A stretch of 59,413 nt of DNA from Candidatus Calditenuaceae archaeon HR02 (lineage in GTDB: Archaea > Thermoproteota > Nitrososphaeria_A > Caldarchaeales > Calditenuaceae), in the NCBI GenBank assembly GCA_002898395.1, contig BEHE01000013.1, forward strand, positions 1 to 59,413, given 5' to 3'. Shown here piece by piece: positions 27,830 through 38,785 of the stretch. A program made the translations under genes and the position numbers. How positions within the stretch are numbered: position 1 is the stretch's first letter; the number at the start of each line of letters is the position of its first letter. The notes beneath the pieces are model-generated. The model was not told where the DNA came from. It did no database searches and saw only the letters and a program-made list of their open reading frames with translations.

Positions 27830-28675
27830 CTATCGATTCTTCTCTCTAAGCCTCCGCATAAGTGTTTTAGTAACTAGGACGCCGAAGAAGATTGCGGTGG
27901 CTACGCCCGCTATGGCTCCGCCGGAGCTTATGGAGAGGTAGTATGAGAGGTAGAGGCCGACTATGGCAGAGGATACGGCTATGAGTATGGAGGCTCCGAT
28001 CATCTGGGTTATATTGCGGGAGATTAGCTGGGCTGTGGCACCGGGTGTTACGAGGAGAGTTATGACGAGGATTATCCCTACGGTGTTAAGGGCGCTGACA
28101 ATGGCGAGCGAGAGCAGTATCATCAGGACGTAGTGTAGAAGTGTTGTCGGAATCCCTATCACCTTGCTGAATATTGGGTCGAAGGTGTAAGCCACTATCT
28201 CCTTTAACAGCACCGCCACGGTTAGGAGGACGAGAGCGCCGATGGCCGCTGATATATACATGTCGTTGGGCGAGACTCCTATAGGATTGCCGAATAGGAC
28301 GTGGAAAACATCTACGGCAGGCCGCATCCAGCTCAGCAGAATTAGGCCTGTGGCGAAGGCCCCTGTCATAACCACTCCTATCGCGGTGTCATTCCTGATG
28401 CGGGCTCTAGACTCTACAAGCCCTATCAGGGCCGACGACCCGACCCCCGCGAGTAGTGCGCCAACGATGTAAGGTATGTCAAGGGCTAGAGCTATTGCGA
28501 TACCTGGCAGGACTGAGTGTGAGATCGCGTCTCCAAGTAGGGCCCAGCCTCTCAGGACTACGAAGCTGCTGAGTATCGAGCACGTGACAGCCACTATGAT
28601 TGACGTAGCCGTAGCTACTCTCATGAACTCATAACCCATAGGCTCGGCTAGAAGTTCGAGCATGCCTACCTCCAC
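27830..28675 (-). CDS. Mn/Zn/Fe ABC permease
   Basis: LLGDAISHSVLPG, FDP.F, VGIILV. Confidence 0.93.
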   Translation of the reverse strand: MEVGMLELLAEPMGYEFMRVATATSIIVAVTCSILSSFVVLRGWALLGDAISHSVLPGIAIALALDIPYIVGALLAGVGSSALIGLVESRARIRNDTAIGVVMTGAFATGLILLSWMRPAVDVFHVLFGNPIGVSPNDMYISAAIGALVLLTVAVLLKEIVAYTFDPIFSKVIGIPTTLLHYVLMILLSLAIVSALNTVGIILVITLLVTPGATAQLISRNITQMIGASILIAVSSAIVGLYLSYYLSISSGGAIAGVATAIFFGVLVTKTLMRRLREKNR

Positions 28676-29427
28676 TTCGCCACCTTCTCCAAGTCGTCTA
28701 GATGTAGTGCTATGGTTGAGCCGCCGTAAGTATTTGCAAGGTTCTCGGATGTAAGCACCTCTTTTGGCGGGCCGAAGGCAACTAGCCGATTTCTAATAAG
28801 GGCTACGTAATCGAATATCTCCAGCGTCGCGCTGATGTCGTGCGTAGCCATTACAATAGTCTTCCCCTGATCCCTGAGCGTCTTAAGAATCTCTAGGAGG
28901 ATGGTCTCGGAGGGCGCGTCCAGGCCTGCTATAGGCTCGTCAAGCAGGTAGACCTCGCCGCCTTGGCATATGGCCCGCGCTAGAAAGGTCCTCTGCTGCT
29001 GGCCGCCCGAGAGCTCAGAGATCTTCCGGGAGGCAAGGTCTTCAAGCATCACAAGCCTCAAAGCGGTATCAACTCGGCTGTCGTGGCTGTCAAGCCATCT
29101 GAAAACCCCCCGCCTCCTAATGTTACCCATGGCCACAACATCTCTCACGGTGAGAGGATACTCCCAGTATACCTCCTCCCTCTGCGGCGTATACGCGACC
29201 AGGCCACGGGTCTTCGACGGGTCTTTCCCAAGCACTTTTACCCTCCCTGATGTGGGTTTGACTAGGCCGGCTAGCATTTTGAGGATGCTTGTCTTACCGG
29301 CGCCGTTCGGCCCAATCAGTGCGATCATCTTCCCCGCTTCCGACCTGAATGTAACTTCTCGCAGGGCGACTACATCATCGTATCTAAGTGTCGCCGACTC
29401 AAGTTCTATCGCGTACATCAGCACCAC
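28666..29427 (-). CDS. Mn/Zn/Fe ABC ATPase
   Basis: GPNGAGKT, LSGGQQQR, LLDEP. Confidence 0.93.
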   Translation of the reverse strand: MVLMYAIELESATLRYDDVVALREVTFRSEAGKMIALIGPNGAGKTSILKMLAGLVKPTSGRVKVLGKDPSKTRGLVAYTPQREEVYWEYPLTVRDVVAMGNIRRRGVFRWLDSHDSRVDTALRLVMLEDLASRKISELSGGQQQRTFLARAICQGGEVYLLDEPIAGLDAPSETILLEILKTLRDQGKTIVMATHDISATLEIFDYVALIRNRLVAFGPPKEVLTSENLANTYGGSTIALHLDDLEKVAKWR

Positions 29428-30371
29428 CTTGACAGCTCCCTGACAATCGTCTCTACGTTATACCTCATCATCGAGATATAGTTGTCGTGTCCAATCTCCG
29501 CCGGCCCTAGCGAGTCAGTATAGAGTCTGCCAGCAACCCTGCCGTGGAGGCGCGAGGCAAAAGCCTCCATCACCCTCGGGCTCAGAGTCGACTCAATGAA
29601 GAAAACGCACAGCCCACTCCCCTCAACTCTCTTCTGGGCCCGCGCCACGTCGAGTGGGGATGGCTCAAGCTCTGTTATCATTGAGTAAAAGTATCCAACA
29701 ATCTTGAAGCCGTACGCCCTTGCAAAGTATTGGAAGGCGTTCTCCTGGGTGAAGAGGAGCCTTCTCGAGGGCTCGATCTTCGCTACCTCCTCCCTTATCC
29801 AGGCGTCAAGCCTCCAAAGCTCCTCGATGTATTTTGCGGCCCGCTCCCTATATCCCTCAGCACCAGCCGGGTCTACCTCGATGAAGGCATCCCTAATCCT
29901 CTCTACATATCGTATAGCAAGTCCGACATCCATCCACATGTGAGGGTCCATCCTACCGGCGTAGGGCCCATCAGGAACTAGGAGGGCATACTTCTCGAGC
30001 CCCTCAGTCACTCTCACAACCTTCGCCCTAGAAGAGGCTGTGACAAGCCTTAGAATCCACGCATCGATTGTGAAGCCGTTGTAGAGTATAAGGTCTGCCT
30101 CCGCAGCCTTAACCATGTCTCTCGGCGTGGGCTCAAAGGTGTGCGGGTCTCTGCCAGGCATGACCATATACTCTACCCGCCACCCCGGCCCAGCCACATT
30201 CCTAGCCATATCCCATATTATTGTAGTTGTGGCGAGGGCTACTCGTCTTTCACCCCCCGGCCCGCCAGCGACTCCAACGTAAGTGATGGGGAAAGGTAAG
30301 AGTAGGATGATGAGTGCGGCCAGATATGCCAGCATGTAGGCGCCCCTAGTCATTATAAACACACCCCTCAC
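29418..30371 (-). CDS. TroA/MntC-family metal-binding protein
   Basis: DPHTFEP, DPHMW, ENAFQYF, LYTDSL. Confidence 0.93.
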   Translation of the reverse strand: MRGVFIMTRGAYMLAYLAALIILLLPFPITYVGVAGGPGGERRVALATTTIIWDMARNVAGPGWRVEYMVMPGRDPHTFEPTPRDMVKAAEADLILYNGFTIDAWILRLVTASSRAKVVRVTEGLEKYALLVPDGPYAGRMDPHMWMDVGLAIRYVERIRDAFIEVDPAGAEGYRERAAKYIEELWRLDAWIREEVAKIEPSRRLLFTQENAFQYFARAYGFKIVGYFYSMITELEPSPLDVARAQKRVEGSGLCVFFIESTLSPRVMEAFASRLHGRVAGRLYTDSLGPAEIGHDNYISMMRYNVETIVRELSRWC

Positions 30372-30546
30372 AAAAACGCAGATTCAACCGCTGCTGAACA
30401 TCAAATGGACACAGATCTTAATTAACTTAATAACCTAGATCGGGTGATGAGCTGTCCTAGTTAGGTCCTCCACGTGATAGGCGGCTACAAGAATCGTTTA
30501 TGGTGAACCATGTTTAAGAGCTCGCTACCCTTCTATAAGGATTTAG

Positions 30547-31603
30547 ATGGCAGCAGTCGGAGATGGTCTCGTGAAAGGTCTTCACCACATAACCCTAGTC
30601 ACGGCTAGTGAGAGGGTTAACAGGCGATTCTACACCGAGGTGCTGGGGCTCAGGCGCGTCAAGCTATCCGTGAACCAAGACGACATCTTCCACAGACACC
30701 TATTCTACGGGGATGAGCGGGGGTCTAGCGGTTCAGTGGTAACATTTTTCGAATGGCCACACCTCGTCAGGGGCCATCCAGGCCTCGGCTCGCCCCACCA
30801 CCTAGCATACTCCGTCAAAGATGTGGAGGCGCTCCTGAAGTGGTCATCGTGGCTTAAGAGGAACGGTCTACGGGTGAGTGGGCCACATATCGTGGGTGAT
30901 AGGGTCTCGATTTATTTCAGGGACCCAGATGGCTTTCTTCTTGAGCTTGCATCTAGGATTGAAGGCGGCATCGACGATGCTGCCTTGAGGGAGATGTTCG
31001 TCGAGGAGGTTGATGTTGACGGGATAACTCAGGACATGCGCCTCTCGCTGATGGACCATGCTTCACCGCTTGCCACAGATGCGGCGCAGCTGGAGCGTTT
31101 CCTCTCAAAGACCCTCGGACTAAAGATGGTATCTAAGAGAGAGAACCCGCACGACAGCCAGGCCGTGATCCTTGGATTCGGATGCGAAGACCATGACTTC
31201 CTCAGATATATTCTGAAACCATCCATCCGTGCAGGCTTCGTAGGTATCGGAAGCATACACCACATAGCGGTTAAGGTTGAGAGTGATGAGGACCAGAAGA
31301 AGGTAATGCAGACCCTCGACTCGGTAGGCATCAGACACTCTGGGATAATCGACCGGTTCTGGTTCAAGTCTCTCTACTTCAGAGACCCATTTGGAAACCT
31401 TTTAGAAGTGGCCACGACCGGGCCGGGATACACTGTAGACGAGGCGCCGGGGGTCGCTTGGCTCCAGACTAGTTCTTCCACCATGGCTCGAGCCCGAGAG
31501 GAGAAGGATTGAGGAGGCCCTCAGGCTCCTAGATGAGAAGTTTCCAGCAAGGTGGCCACCGATATATAGTCCGGCTCCCGAGAAGCCTGAGAGGGTGGCG
31601 TGA
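30547..31603 (+). CDS. VOC-family ring-cleaving dioxygenase (MhqO-like), frameshift at G-run 31449-31453
   Basis: GLHHIT, HLFYGD, TFFEW, IDRFWFKSLYFR; the conserved tail LGSRLVLPPWLE..R..IE lies in another frame ending at 31603. Confidence 0.85.
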
Positions 31604-31665
31604 CATACCCACTCGTGATATGACTCAAAAAAATCTTTTATCCTTAAATCAGGTCTTTAAAGAAT

Positions 31666-31825
31666 GTGAAAACTCTACACGTTCTTCCCTTTTTTGAGCC
31701 CGCAGGCGGGCCTGCAACTCATGTTTACTATCTTTCTAAAGATTTGGCTGGAAAAGGGATAGAGTGTGTGGTCTGCGCTCGCGAGGTATATGAGTGGATT
31801 GGCAGTGATGATATATGCCATATCC
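31666..31825 (+). pseudogene. GT4 glycosyltransferase N-terminus, split off by IS607
   Basis: LHVLPFFEPAGGPATHVYYLSKDL motif; rejoins 33364 in frame. Confidence 0.8.
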
Positions 31826-31877
31826 AGCAGTTTCTAAATAGAATGACTTAAATAGACATAAGTTGTAATAAATGTTG

Positions 31878-32134
31878 ATGGAGAGGCTTTACACTTTAAA
31901 GGAGGCTAAGAGGGTCTTAGGCTTACGAGGTTCGGTTTTGAAACGTTTAGGAAGATTTTTCAGACATTCGGCACATCTATCGAAGTGGTAAGCCATGAAG
32001 AAAAGACTCCGCAGGAAGAGCTTGTAGAAGACTTGATAACGGTGGTTTCCCATTTCGCCGGAAAGCTCTACGGTATGAGGTCTCACAAGTACGAGGAGGT
32101 GGTTGAAGGTGTTAAACAGCTCATATCAAGTTAG
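31878..32134 (+). pseudogene. tnpA: IS607 serine recombinase with internal deletion
   Basis: [15 protein letters not shown] joined out of frame to RLTRFGFE...EELVEDL...[10 protein letters not shown]; the YARVS catalytic motif is missing. Confidence 0.85.
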
Positions 32135-33353
32135 AGCATACAACATTAAGCACAATTGCGATGTGAAGGGCTTCCTCGAAGCTTACAAGCTCATCCTCCA
32201 GAGAGCAATAGATGAGATTTGGGGCAGGATTAGGTGGGTTGAAAAATACGAGAAAGGTAGGAAGAGACTTATCCCTATAATCCCAAAGGAGAATAGGTTC
32301 AAACATCATTATCTGAGAAACCTGCTCATGGAGGATTGGGGGTATTCAAGGCATTATATTGATTCAGCCATCAAGCAGGCTTACTCCATACTCCACAGCT
32401 GGAGGAGAAACTATATTAGGGGAGAAAGAACTAGAGAGAAGCCCATTGTTAAGAGGAAGTTTGTTAGAATCAAAGAAACACTATACAGCTTTAGAGATGG
32501 AAAGATAAGGGTTAGCGTTAAACCATACGAAGAATACCTTACCTTCGACATCTCCATAGCATGGTTCTTGAACAGGACAAGGGGCAAGATGGGGGAACTA
32601 ATACTTAACGAGAAATACCTGACAGTAACCTTCAGGTTCAGGGAGAAGTGGATGAAACCTAATGGCAAGATAGCATGGGATTCCAACGAGAAGAGCCTGG
32701 ATGGGTTTAGTCCTAAAATTGGCTGGGTGAGAGCGGATTTAAGGGAGCTATTCCACATACATAGAGTTTATGAGCTAAAGAGGAGGAGGCTTCAAACACT
32801 TGCATCTAAAAAACATAAGATTAGAGAAATTTTGAGAAAGTATTCTAGACGCGAGGGTAACAGGGCTAAAGACTTTTGCCATAAGCTTACCTCACATCTA
32901 GCAAAAACCCTCCACATGTATATCCATGGTTTCGAACTCTTAGAGAAGAGGAGGATGATGAATAATTCTAAGAAACATAATAGGAGTATAGCTAAAAGCG
33001 ATTGGAGAACGATATACACTTACATGAGCTATAAGGCTAAGGTGATAATCCTCAACCCTAGAAACTCAACAAAGGGATGCTCCAGATGTGGGATGATAAA
33101 TGCCCCGAAAGGAGCATTATACGAATGTTCAGGGTGCGGGTTGAGGATAGATAGACAGCTGAATGCTGCAATAAACCTATACCTTCAGATGGAGGGTCTT
33201 ACCCCAAGCCCAAAGCTCTTTGAAGGGCTGATGAGGGCTTGGGGAGGGTTCACCCTGACAGGGGAAGAGGCCGGTGAGGGCTCCGATGAACCCGTGAGGA
33301 GCCCTAGGCTAATGAACCCCCAGAGCTATGTGTGTCTATCAAAGACTACATAG
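32103..33353 (+). CDS. tnpB: TnpB RNA-guided nuclease family
   Basis: RuvC-I WDSN, RuvC-II GFE, CSRCG...CSGCG zinc finger, [10 protein letters not shown]. Confidence 0.9.
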   Translation: MKVLNSSYQVRAYNIKHNCDVKGFLEAYKLILQRAIDEIWGRIRWVEKYEKGRKRLIPIIPKENRFKHHYLRNLLMEDWGYSRHYIDSAIKQAYSILHSWRRNYIRGERTREKPIVKRKFVRIKETLYSFRDGKIRVSVKPYEEYLTFDISIAWFLNRTRGKMGELILNEKYLTVTFRFREKWMKPNGKIAWDSNEKSLDGFSPKIGWVRADLRELFHIHRVYELKRRRLQTLASKKHKIREILRKYSRREGNRAKDFCHKLTSHLAKTLHMYIHGFELLEKRRMMNNSKKHNRSIAKSDWRTIYTYMSYKAKVIILNPRNSTKGCSRCGMINAPKGALYECSGCGLRIDRQLNAAINLYLQMEGLTPSPKLFEGLMRAWGGFTLTGEEAGEGSDEPVRSPRLMNPQSYVCLSKTT

Positions 33354-33363
33354 CTCAGAACCC

Positions 33364-34415
33364 CTATTACACGGGTTATAAGGTTGAAGGAGTTAAACAG
33401 GCTGATTCGATGCTCACCGCCCGCCAAGGAACCGGATAGTCGTGAATTTGAAGAATTACTTGGGCGTCTGTCCCACCAATTGAAAAAGATTATTGAGAAA
33501 GAGAAAATCGACATCACCCACAGCCACGACATCAGGACCAGCCTAGTATTGGAGAGGGTTGAGGGGGATGTGGGGATTCCTTTCGTTGCCACCGGGCATA
33601 ACACCATAGCACCAGTGAAAATACTCTCACAGCTCTATAGGGGAGAGGCAGTCTACAGCTATCTTGAGATGCTCTCATCATTCTTGAAGCGGGCGAGATA
33701 TGACAAACTCATATGTGTCAGTAATTTTTCCTACGAGATGTACACCCGCTTTGGGGCCCCGAAGGGCAAAACTGTAATGATATATAATGGCGTAGACGTG
33801 GAGGCATTCAATCCATACATCGACGGATCTACTGTTAGGGCTAAACTAGGTGTCAGTGCAGAGACGTGCCTGATATTCACTCCCGCCCGGGTAGAGTATA
33901 GGAAGGGTTTTGACACCATTTTCGAGGCACTCCATAGACTTGCCAGCAAGGGCTATGATTTTAAACTCCTAATCTCGCCTTGTATAGGGACCTCATATCA
34001 TCGCCAAGCTGAGGGCGAGTTAGTAGGCCTTGCTAAGAGGCTAGGTCTTATGGACTACATAACGTCTGCCACGTTTAATCAGAGGTCTATGCCGGAGGCA
34101 TATGCCGCCTCAGATATTGTCTGCCTCATGGGTTATGAGAATTTTGGATATGCGGTGGCAGAAGGGATGGCCATGGGGAGGCCGGTAATAGGTGCAAAGT
34201 GGTCAGCTTTACCAGAGCTTATAGAGCATGGTAGTAACGGTTTCCTGGTTGAGCCTGGCAACCCAGACCAACTAGCCTACTATCTCTCATTACTACTTAG
34301 GGATAGGGTGATGAGGGGGCGGATGGGTAGTGTTGGGAGAAGGATAGCTGTAGAAAAGTTCAACCTGGCCGACAATATCAAGAGACACGTGGAACTCTAT
34401 GAAAGCCTGTTATAG
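33364..34415 (+). pseudogene. GT4 glycosyltransferase, remainder after IS607 insertion
   Basis: IYNGVD, ARVEYRKG, ENFGYAVAEGMAMGRPVI. Confidence 0.85.
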
Positions 34416-34501
34416 ACCCTGCGAGGTTCTAGAGGCTATCTTAGGAGAGAATATTTTCACCGTCGTGTGGAAACTTTTAAGTCTAAAAAAGATGCCTGGA
34501 A

Positions 34502-35794
34502 ATGAGGAGGCTCTTGCCACAAAACGGTTACGAGCACCCTCCCCCTCGTCTACATATGATTAGAATTTTACTCAGAGGAAATTTTCTAGTTATGCTTATT
34601 GGGTATTGTATCGCTGTGCCACTAATCGGAGCAACTATAGCGTATCTCCCGTTATACCTTGATGGGCTGGGGGCCACTCCGCTCATCATAGGGCTCGCTA
34701 TCGGTTTCCCAGAGTTTATCGCCCTAATACTCCGGATACCAGGGGGATACATAGGCGACGCCTACGGAAGAAAATATCTAACCGTTCGGATGAACTTCGT
34801 GTTGGGCCTCGTAGGAGTACTTATTGCATTTACGCCGAGCTGGGAGGTGCTACTAATTCTACTAGTGGTCAGGGCGATGGCTGGATTCTATATGCCAGCC
34901 GAATATGCCCTGCTGGCTGACTCGATACCCGAGAGGCTCAGGTCGAGTGGATATGGATTGTTCTGGACCATTGTCGGGGCTGTCGGTATAGGAGGACCTA
35001 TACTGGGCGGCCTACTGTACGAGTACATGGATATTAATGGTCTGAGAATAGGCTGGCTAATATTCGGCTCGGCCGACATGATAAAAGCGGTTTACTATCA
35101 ATTCTTCTTGAGGGAGACGCTTCCAGGTCAGCCAGCCAAGACAAGTGTCTGGAACATAATAGTAGCAAGCTACAGGGACGCGGCACCTAGATTAGCTTCG
35201 ATCCTGAGGAACAGGTCTCTATCGGTAGTCGTGGCGCTTGGCATTCTTGGGATCTCCGTCAACGCCCTATCATCAACCTACCTCATACTATACTTCACAA
35301 GGGTCCTAGGTTTCTCAGCACTCCTATGGGGGTCAATAATCTCTGTGGCTAGAGGCATCACTCTCCTTTTACAGACCCCTGTTGGGATATTATCGGATAG
35401 GTTTGGGCGGCGGGCCATCCTGTCTGTCTTCATTGCAGCCTCTGGGGCCTCCCTAATACTACTCGGCTTCCCCTATCTCCCCATAGAGGTTGTATCGCTC
35501 CTCACCCTCACCATCTTCACCACCAGCCTAGTACAGGGAATCCCCAAGCCTATACTTGACGCTGCACTCATAGATTGGATTCCCGATGCTGAGAGGGCTA
35601 GGCTGATAGGCATAATATTGACTGTCTGGGGGGCTACGGCGCTCCCCAGTAACTTGGTCTGGGGATATGTGTATGGATTCTCACCACCACAAGTCTTTCA
35701 AATAGGCGGAATAATGTCTCTCGGCCTCCTCCCTCTCCTTCTGGCAAGGTTCCAAGAGGCTAGAGTGCGCTCATCTTCAGGTGCTGTGGGGTGA
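34502..35794 (+). CDS. MFS transporter
   Basis: GYIGDAYGRK and GILSDRFGRR motif A; about 12 TM segments. Confidence 0.92.
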   Translation: MRRLLPQNGYEHPPPRLHMIRILLRGNFLVMLIGYCIAVPLIGATIAYLPLYLDGLGATPLIIGLAIGFPEFIALILRIPGGYIGDAYGRKYLTVRMNFVLGLVGVLIAFTPSWEVLLILLVVRAMAGFYMPAEYALLADSIPERLRSSGYGLFWTIVGAVGIGGPILGGLLYEYMDINGLRIGWLIFGSADMIKAVYYQFFLRETLPGQPAKTSVWNIIVASYRDAAPRLASILRNRSLSVVVALGILGISVNALSSTYLILYFTRVLGFSALLWGSIISVARGITLLLQTPVGILSDRFGRRAILSVFIAASGASLILLGFPYLPIEVVSLLTLTIFTTSLVQGIPKPILDAALIDWIPDAERARLIGIILTVWGATALPSNLVWGYVYGFSPPQVFQIGGIMSLGLLPLLLARFQEARVRSSSGAVG

Positions 35795-35832
35795 TAGCCA
35801 TTCTCGCCCCTGAATGCCTGGCACAAACCAGT

Positions 35833-36234
35833 TTAGCTGACGAGAACCGCGTTAATCTGCACGATATCATCGCTTATCACGTTACCCCTCACTGTAACCC
35901 TTTTCCTCAACCCTTTGAGAGCCCTCCTATTCCTACTCTTCTTCCTCTTAGATGGTGGTTTACGCCTCGCGTGGAACCCGATACCACGCGTCAGGATTAC
36001 GCGGGCAAGCCTCGCCCCACTGACATCAGGCCTCATGGGAATCCCTGCCTTATCCGAGCCGCCAGTAATCCTGATCTTCCCGCTTCCGAGACCCAGGGCT
36101 GAGGCGTCAATCTCGTCTCCAATCCTCTTCCCCCTCAACGCGCTCATCTGCTGAGGCGTCAAGGGAATGGTCTTCGCTGTGCCATCCTTGGGGTTTGAGA
36201 GGACCAGCCTAGGACCTGCAGCCTTCTCCGACAA
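35833..36234 (-). CDS. rps6e: 30S ribosomal protein S6e
   Basis: GKRIGDEID, ITGGSDKAGIPMRPDV, RKRVTVRGN, QINA. Confidence 0.96.
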   Translation of the reverse strand: MSEKAAGPRLVLSNPKDGTAKTIPLTPQQMSALRGKRIGDEIDASALGLGSGKIRITGGSDKAGIPMRPDVSGARLARVILTRGIGFHARRKPPSKRKKSRNRRALKGLRKRVTVRGNVISDDIVQINAVLVS

Positions 36235-36362
36235 AGCCTTTCCCTACCCATGGAAGACCCCCAGCTCAATTAATTAATATGACCCAACGGATAGCTGGGA
36301 GCTGACTAACACACGGCCATGTACCACCAAGATTTATCCGTAACCAAACACAGGATTATACA

Positions 36363-37085
36363 ATGCAGATTGGCAGGACCGAACTACTCTACCTGAGGGA
36401 TTCATACCTTTCAGAGTTCCATGCCGAGGTTGTGGGCGTGGGTGAGGATTATGTCGTCCTTGACAGGACAGCATTCCATCCGCGCGGTGGGGGACTGGTC
36501 TCAGACACCGGCACTCTCTTCAGGGGTTCAGAGGTCTTCCAGGTGCTCGGAGCAGAGCAGTCTGAGGAAGGGGTGAGACACATGGTCGATAGGGCTGGTC
36601 TCGAGGTAGGCGACAGAGTCCGAGGAGCCTTGGACTGGAGCAGGAGATATAGGCTCATGAGGATGCACACGGCCCTCCACGTACTAGTAGCCATCGTCAA
36701 CTCACGGACAGGCGCCCTCATAACAGGCAACCAAGTAGAGCCAGACTCCTCAAGAGTAGACTTCAACCTAGAGAAGATGGATAGAGCCCTCATAGAAGAG
36801 TGCGTGGCCGAGGCTAACAGGCGGCTAGCAGAGGGCCATGAAATCAGAATCAGGTTTATAGAACGTGAAGAAGCCCTCAAAATACCGGAACTCGTAAAGC
36901 TCGCAGCCAAAGCACCACCAGAAGCCCCGATACTCCGAATAGTCGAGATCGGCGAAATCGATGCACAGCTAGACGGAGGCCCACACGTCAAAAACACCTC
37001 CGAGGTCGGCCGCATAGTCATGAAGAAGATAGAGAACAAGGGCAAATCCAACAGGAGGCTATACTTCACTCTAGACCCACCATAA
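36363..37085 (+). CDS. alaX: AlaX tRNA-editing protein
   Basis: LDRTAFHPRGGG, MRMHTALH, DGGPHV, KGKSNRR. Confidence 0.92.
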   Translation: MQIGRTELLYLRDSYLSEFHAEVVGVGEDYVVLDRTAFHPRGGGLVSDTGTLFRGSEVFQVLGAEQSEEGVRHMVDRAGLEVGDRVRGALDWSRRYRLMRMHTALHVLVAIVNSRTGALITGNQVEPDSSRVDFNLEKMDRALIEECVAEANRRLAEGHEIRIRFIEREEALKIPELVKLAAKAPPEAPILRIVEIGEIDAQLDGGPHVKNTSEVGRIVMKKIENKGKSNRRLYFTLDPP

Positions 37086-37263
37086 CTCAAGCCCGGCAAG
37101 GCTGGCGCGGCATCAGGTTTGGGCAGATGACCCGCTACCCCACTCTAGCTCTTCTCCCCGCGTCTACATGTGTTTGGCCTCATAGGCCGGGAAGCTCGGT
37201 GGCCTGGGTCCCACGCTACGCGTCCTCTTGAGTATTTTTGGATTAGGCTCTGCAGTCCTTTGT

Positions 37264-37685
37264 TATGACTTGTGTGAGGCTACTCAGGGATTTGGCTGGC
37301 GTTGACTTGCTGGAACTGCTTGCCTTAGAGTTGGGAGGAAGTGCGTGTTGAGGAGTCTTATGAAGGCCGCTCGAGTTTCTAAGCCTCTCTGTATCCTGCA
37401 ACCAGCCATAGTCTCAGCATCTTCTAAGGAAAGATGGATACCCTGTATCAAGATGCGAATACGTTCCTTACCCCTAAAGCCTCTTCTCCCAACGCCAAAT
37501 AGCAACGCTACTCATAGCTGTGAAGGAAATACCGCCTTCGCAACCCATAAGACCATTAATCGAGAACCTGAAACATTGAGACTATAGAGCGCCATGCAGA
37601 AGGGTCCTTCAGACAGCTCAGGAAATCCGCAGGGGAGATAGAAAAGACTGGGTCATAAAGGAAACTATTAAAGCAGCTTAACAGG
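37264..37685 (+). pseudogene. Unidentified decayed gene
   Basis: One frame reads protein-like (HLLRKDGYPV...IATLLIAVKEIP) with scattered stops. Confidence 0.25.
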
Positions 37686-37695
37686 CTATCTCCTC

Positions 37696-38496
37696 ATGGG
37701 TAGAAGGCCTCTATACGCTCTATCCAATGGTCTGAAGATAGCTTACGAAGACCACGGACGTGGAGAGCCGGCGCTCCTATTCATGGCCGGTTGGTGTGAT
37801 AATCGTACACAGTATCGTGACCTAGTTCCACACTGTTCGTCACGTACACGTTGCCTCGTCATTGACTGGCCTGGACATGGAGAATCAGAAACGCCGGCAG
37901 GTGATTTTGGAGAGAAGGAACTGGTTGCAGCAGCAATATCTGTTATCGAGAAAAGTGGAGCACGGAGAATAGCCACTGTATCAACCGCTCATGCTGGGTG
38001 GATCGCCATAGAGCTAAGGCGTCAACTTCATGAAACAATTCAGAAACTTGTTCTGCTGGACTGGCTGGTTCTCGAACCTCCCCAGCCTTTCCTGGAGGCC
38101 TTAAAAGGTCTGCAGTCCCGCGAGCACTGGGAGCAGGTCAGAGAGACTCTTTTCTCAATGTGGCTCTCAGGAATCGTTGACGATAGAATTGTTCAACATG
38201 TGCGACGAGAGATGGGGTCTTATGGCTTTGAGATGTGGGCACGTGCGGGGCGCGAAATAAGCGCAAGCTACGATCGTTTCGGAAGTCCTTTAAAAGCATT
38301 GAAAGAGCTGGAGCACCCTCCTCAAGTTCTACATCTTTTCTCCTTACCCAAGGACGATGACTACCTAAAAGCGCAGATAGAATTCACCAAAGACCACCAA
38401 TGGTTCAGCGTTCATAGACTGGACACCAAGACACACTTCCCTGCCCTAGAGGACCCTAAAACAGTTTCGGATCTCATCAATGATTTCTTAGACTAG
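37696..38496 (+). CDS. Alpha/beta-hydrolase-fold protein, HOD/QDO/AqdC-like
   Basis: GWC, DWPGHG, STAHAGW, LDW, WARAGREI..SY...GSP, WFS...THFP. Confidence 0.8.
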   Translation: MGRRPLYALSNGLKIAYEDHGRGEPALLFMAGWCDNRTQYRDLVPHCSSRTRCLVIDWPGHGESETPAGDFGEKELVAAAISVIEKSGARRIATVSTAHAGWIAIELRRQLHETIQKLVLLDWLVLEPPQPFLEALKGLQSREHWEQVRETLFSMWLSGIVDDRIVQHVRREMGSYGFEMWARAGREISASYDRFGSPLKALKELEHPPQVLHLFSLPKDDDYLKAQIEFTKDHQWFSVHRLDTKTHFPALEDPKTVSDLINDFLD

Positions 38497-38785
38497 CCCG
38501 CATTGGTGCCCTACTGAAGGGGTGGAAGCGCTAGGGTTATTTGGATATTGCCACATCACCTTACCACGCCTCGAAGAGAAATACACCAAGTCCTCCTTTC
38601 AGACAATCAGCTTATGGTGATGCAGTTACCGTAGACAATCGCCCTCTATACCGCCGGCTAGTTCTTAGTCTGGGAAGACTACGTGCTGCCCTGGATGGTG
38701 TCCCATTAGTGTTATCAAGTTGTTGACATTTTGCACGAATATGTAAATCAGGTTTTAATATATATGGAAATTTGCAGTTTCATCG

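Larger units (their letters stand above)
31826..33363 (+). mobile_element. IS607-family element (deleted tnpA plus tnpB)
   Basis: Junctions ATCC|AGCAG...GAACCC|CTATT share CC; no TSD; contains tnpA and tnpB homologs. Confidence 0.85.

Noticed and set aside
31826-31877. IStron (group I intron fused to IS607)
   Set aside because: Only ~50 bp lie between the left junction and tnpA, leaving no room for an intron core.
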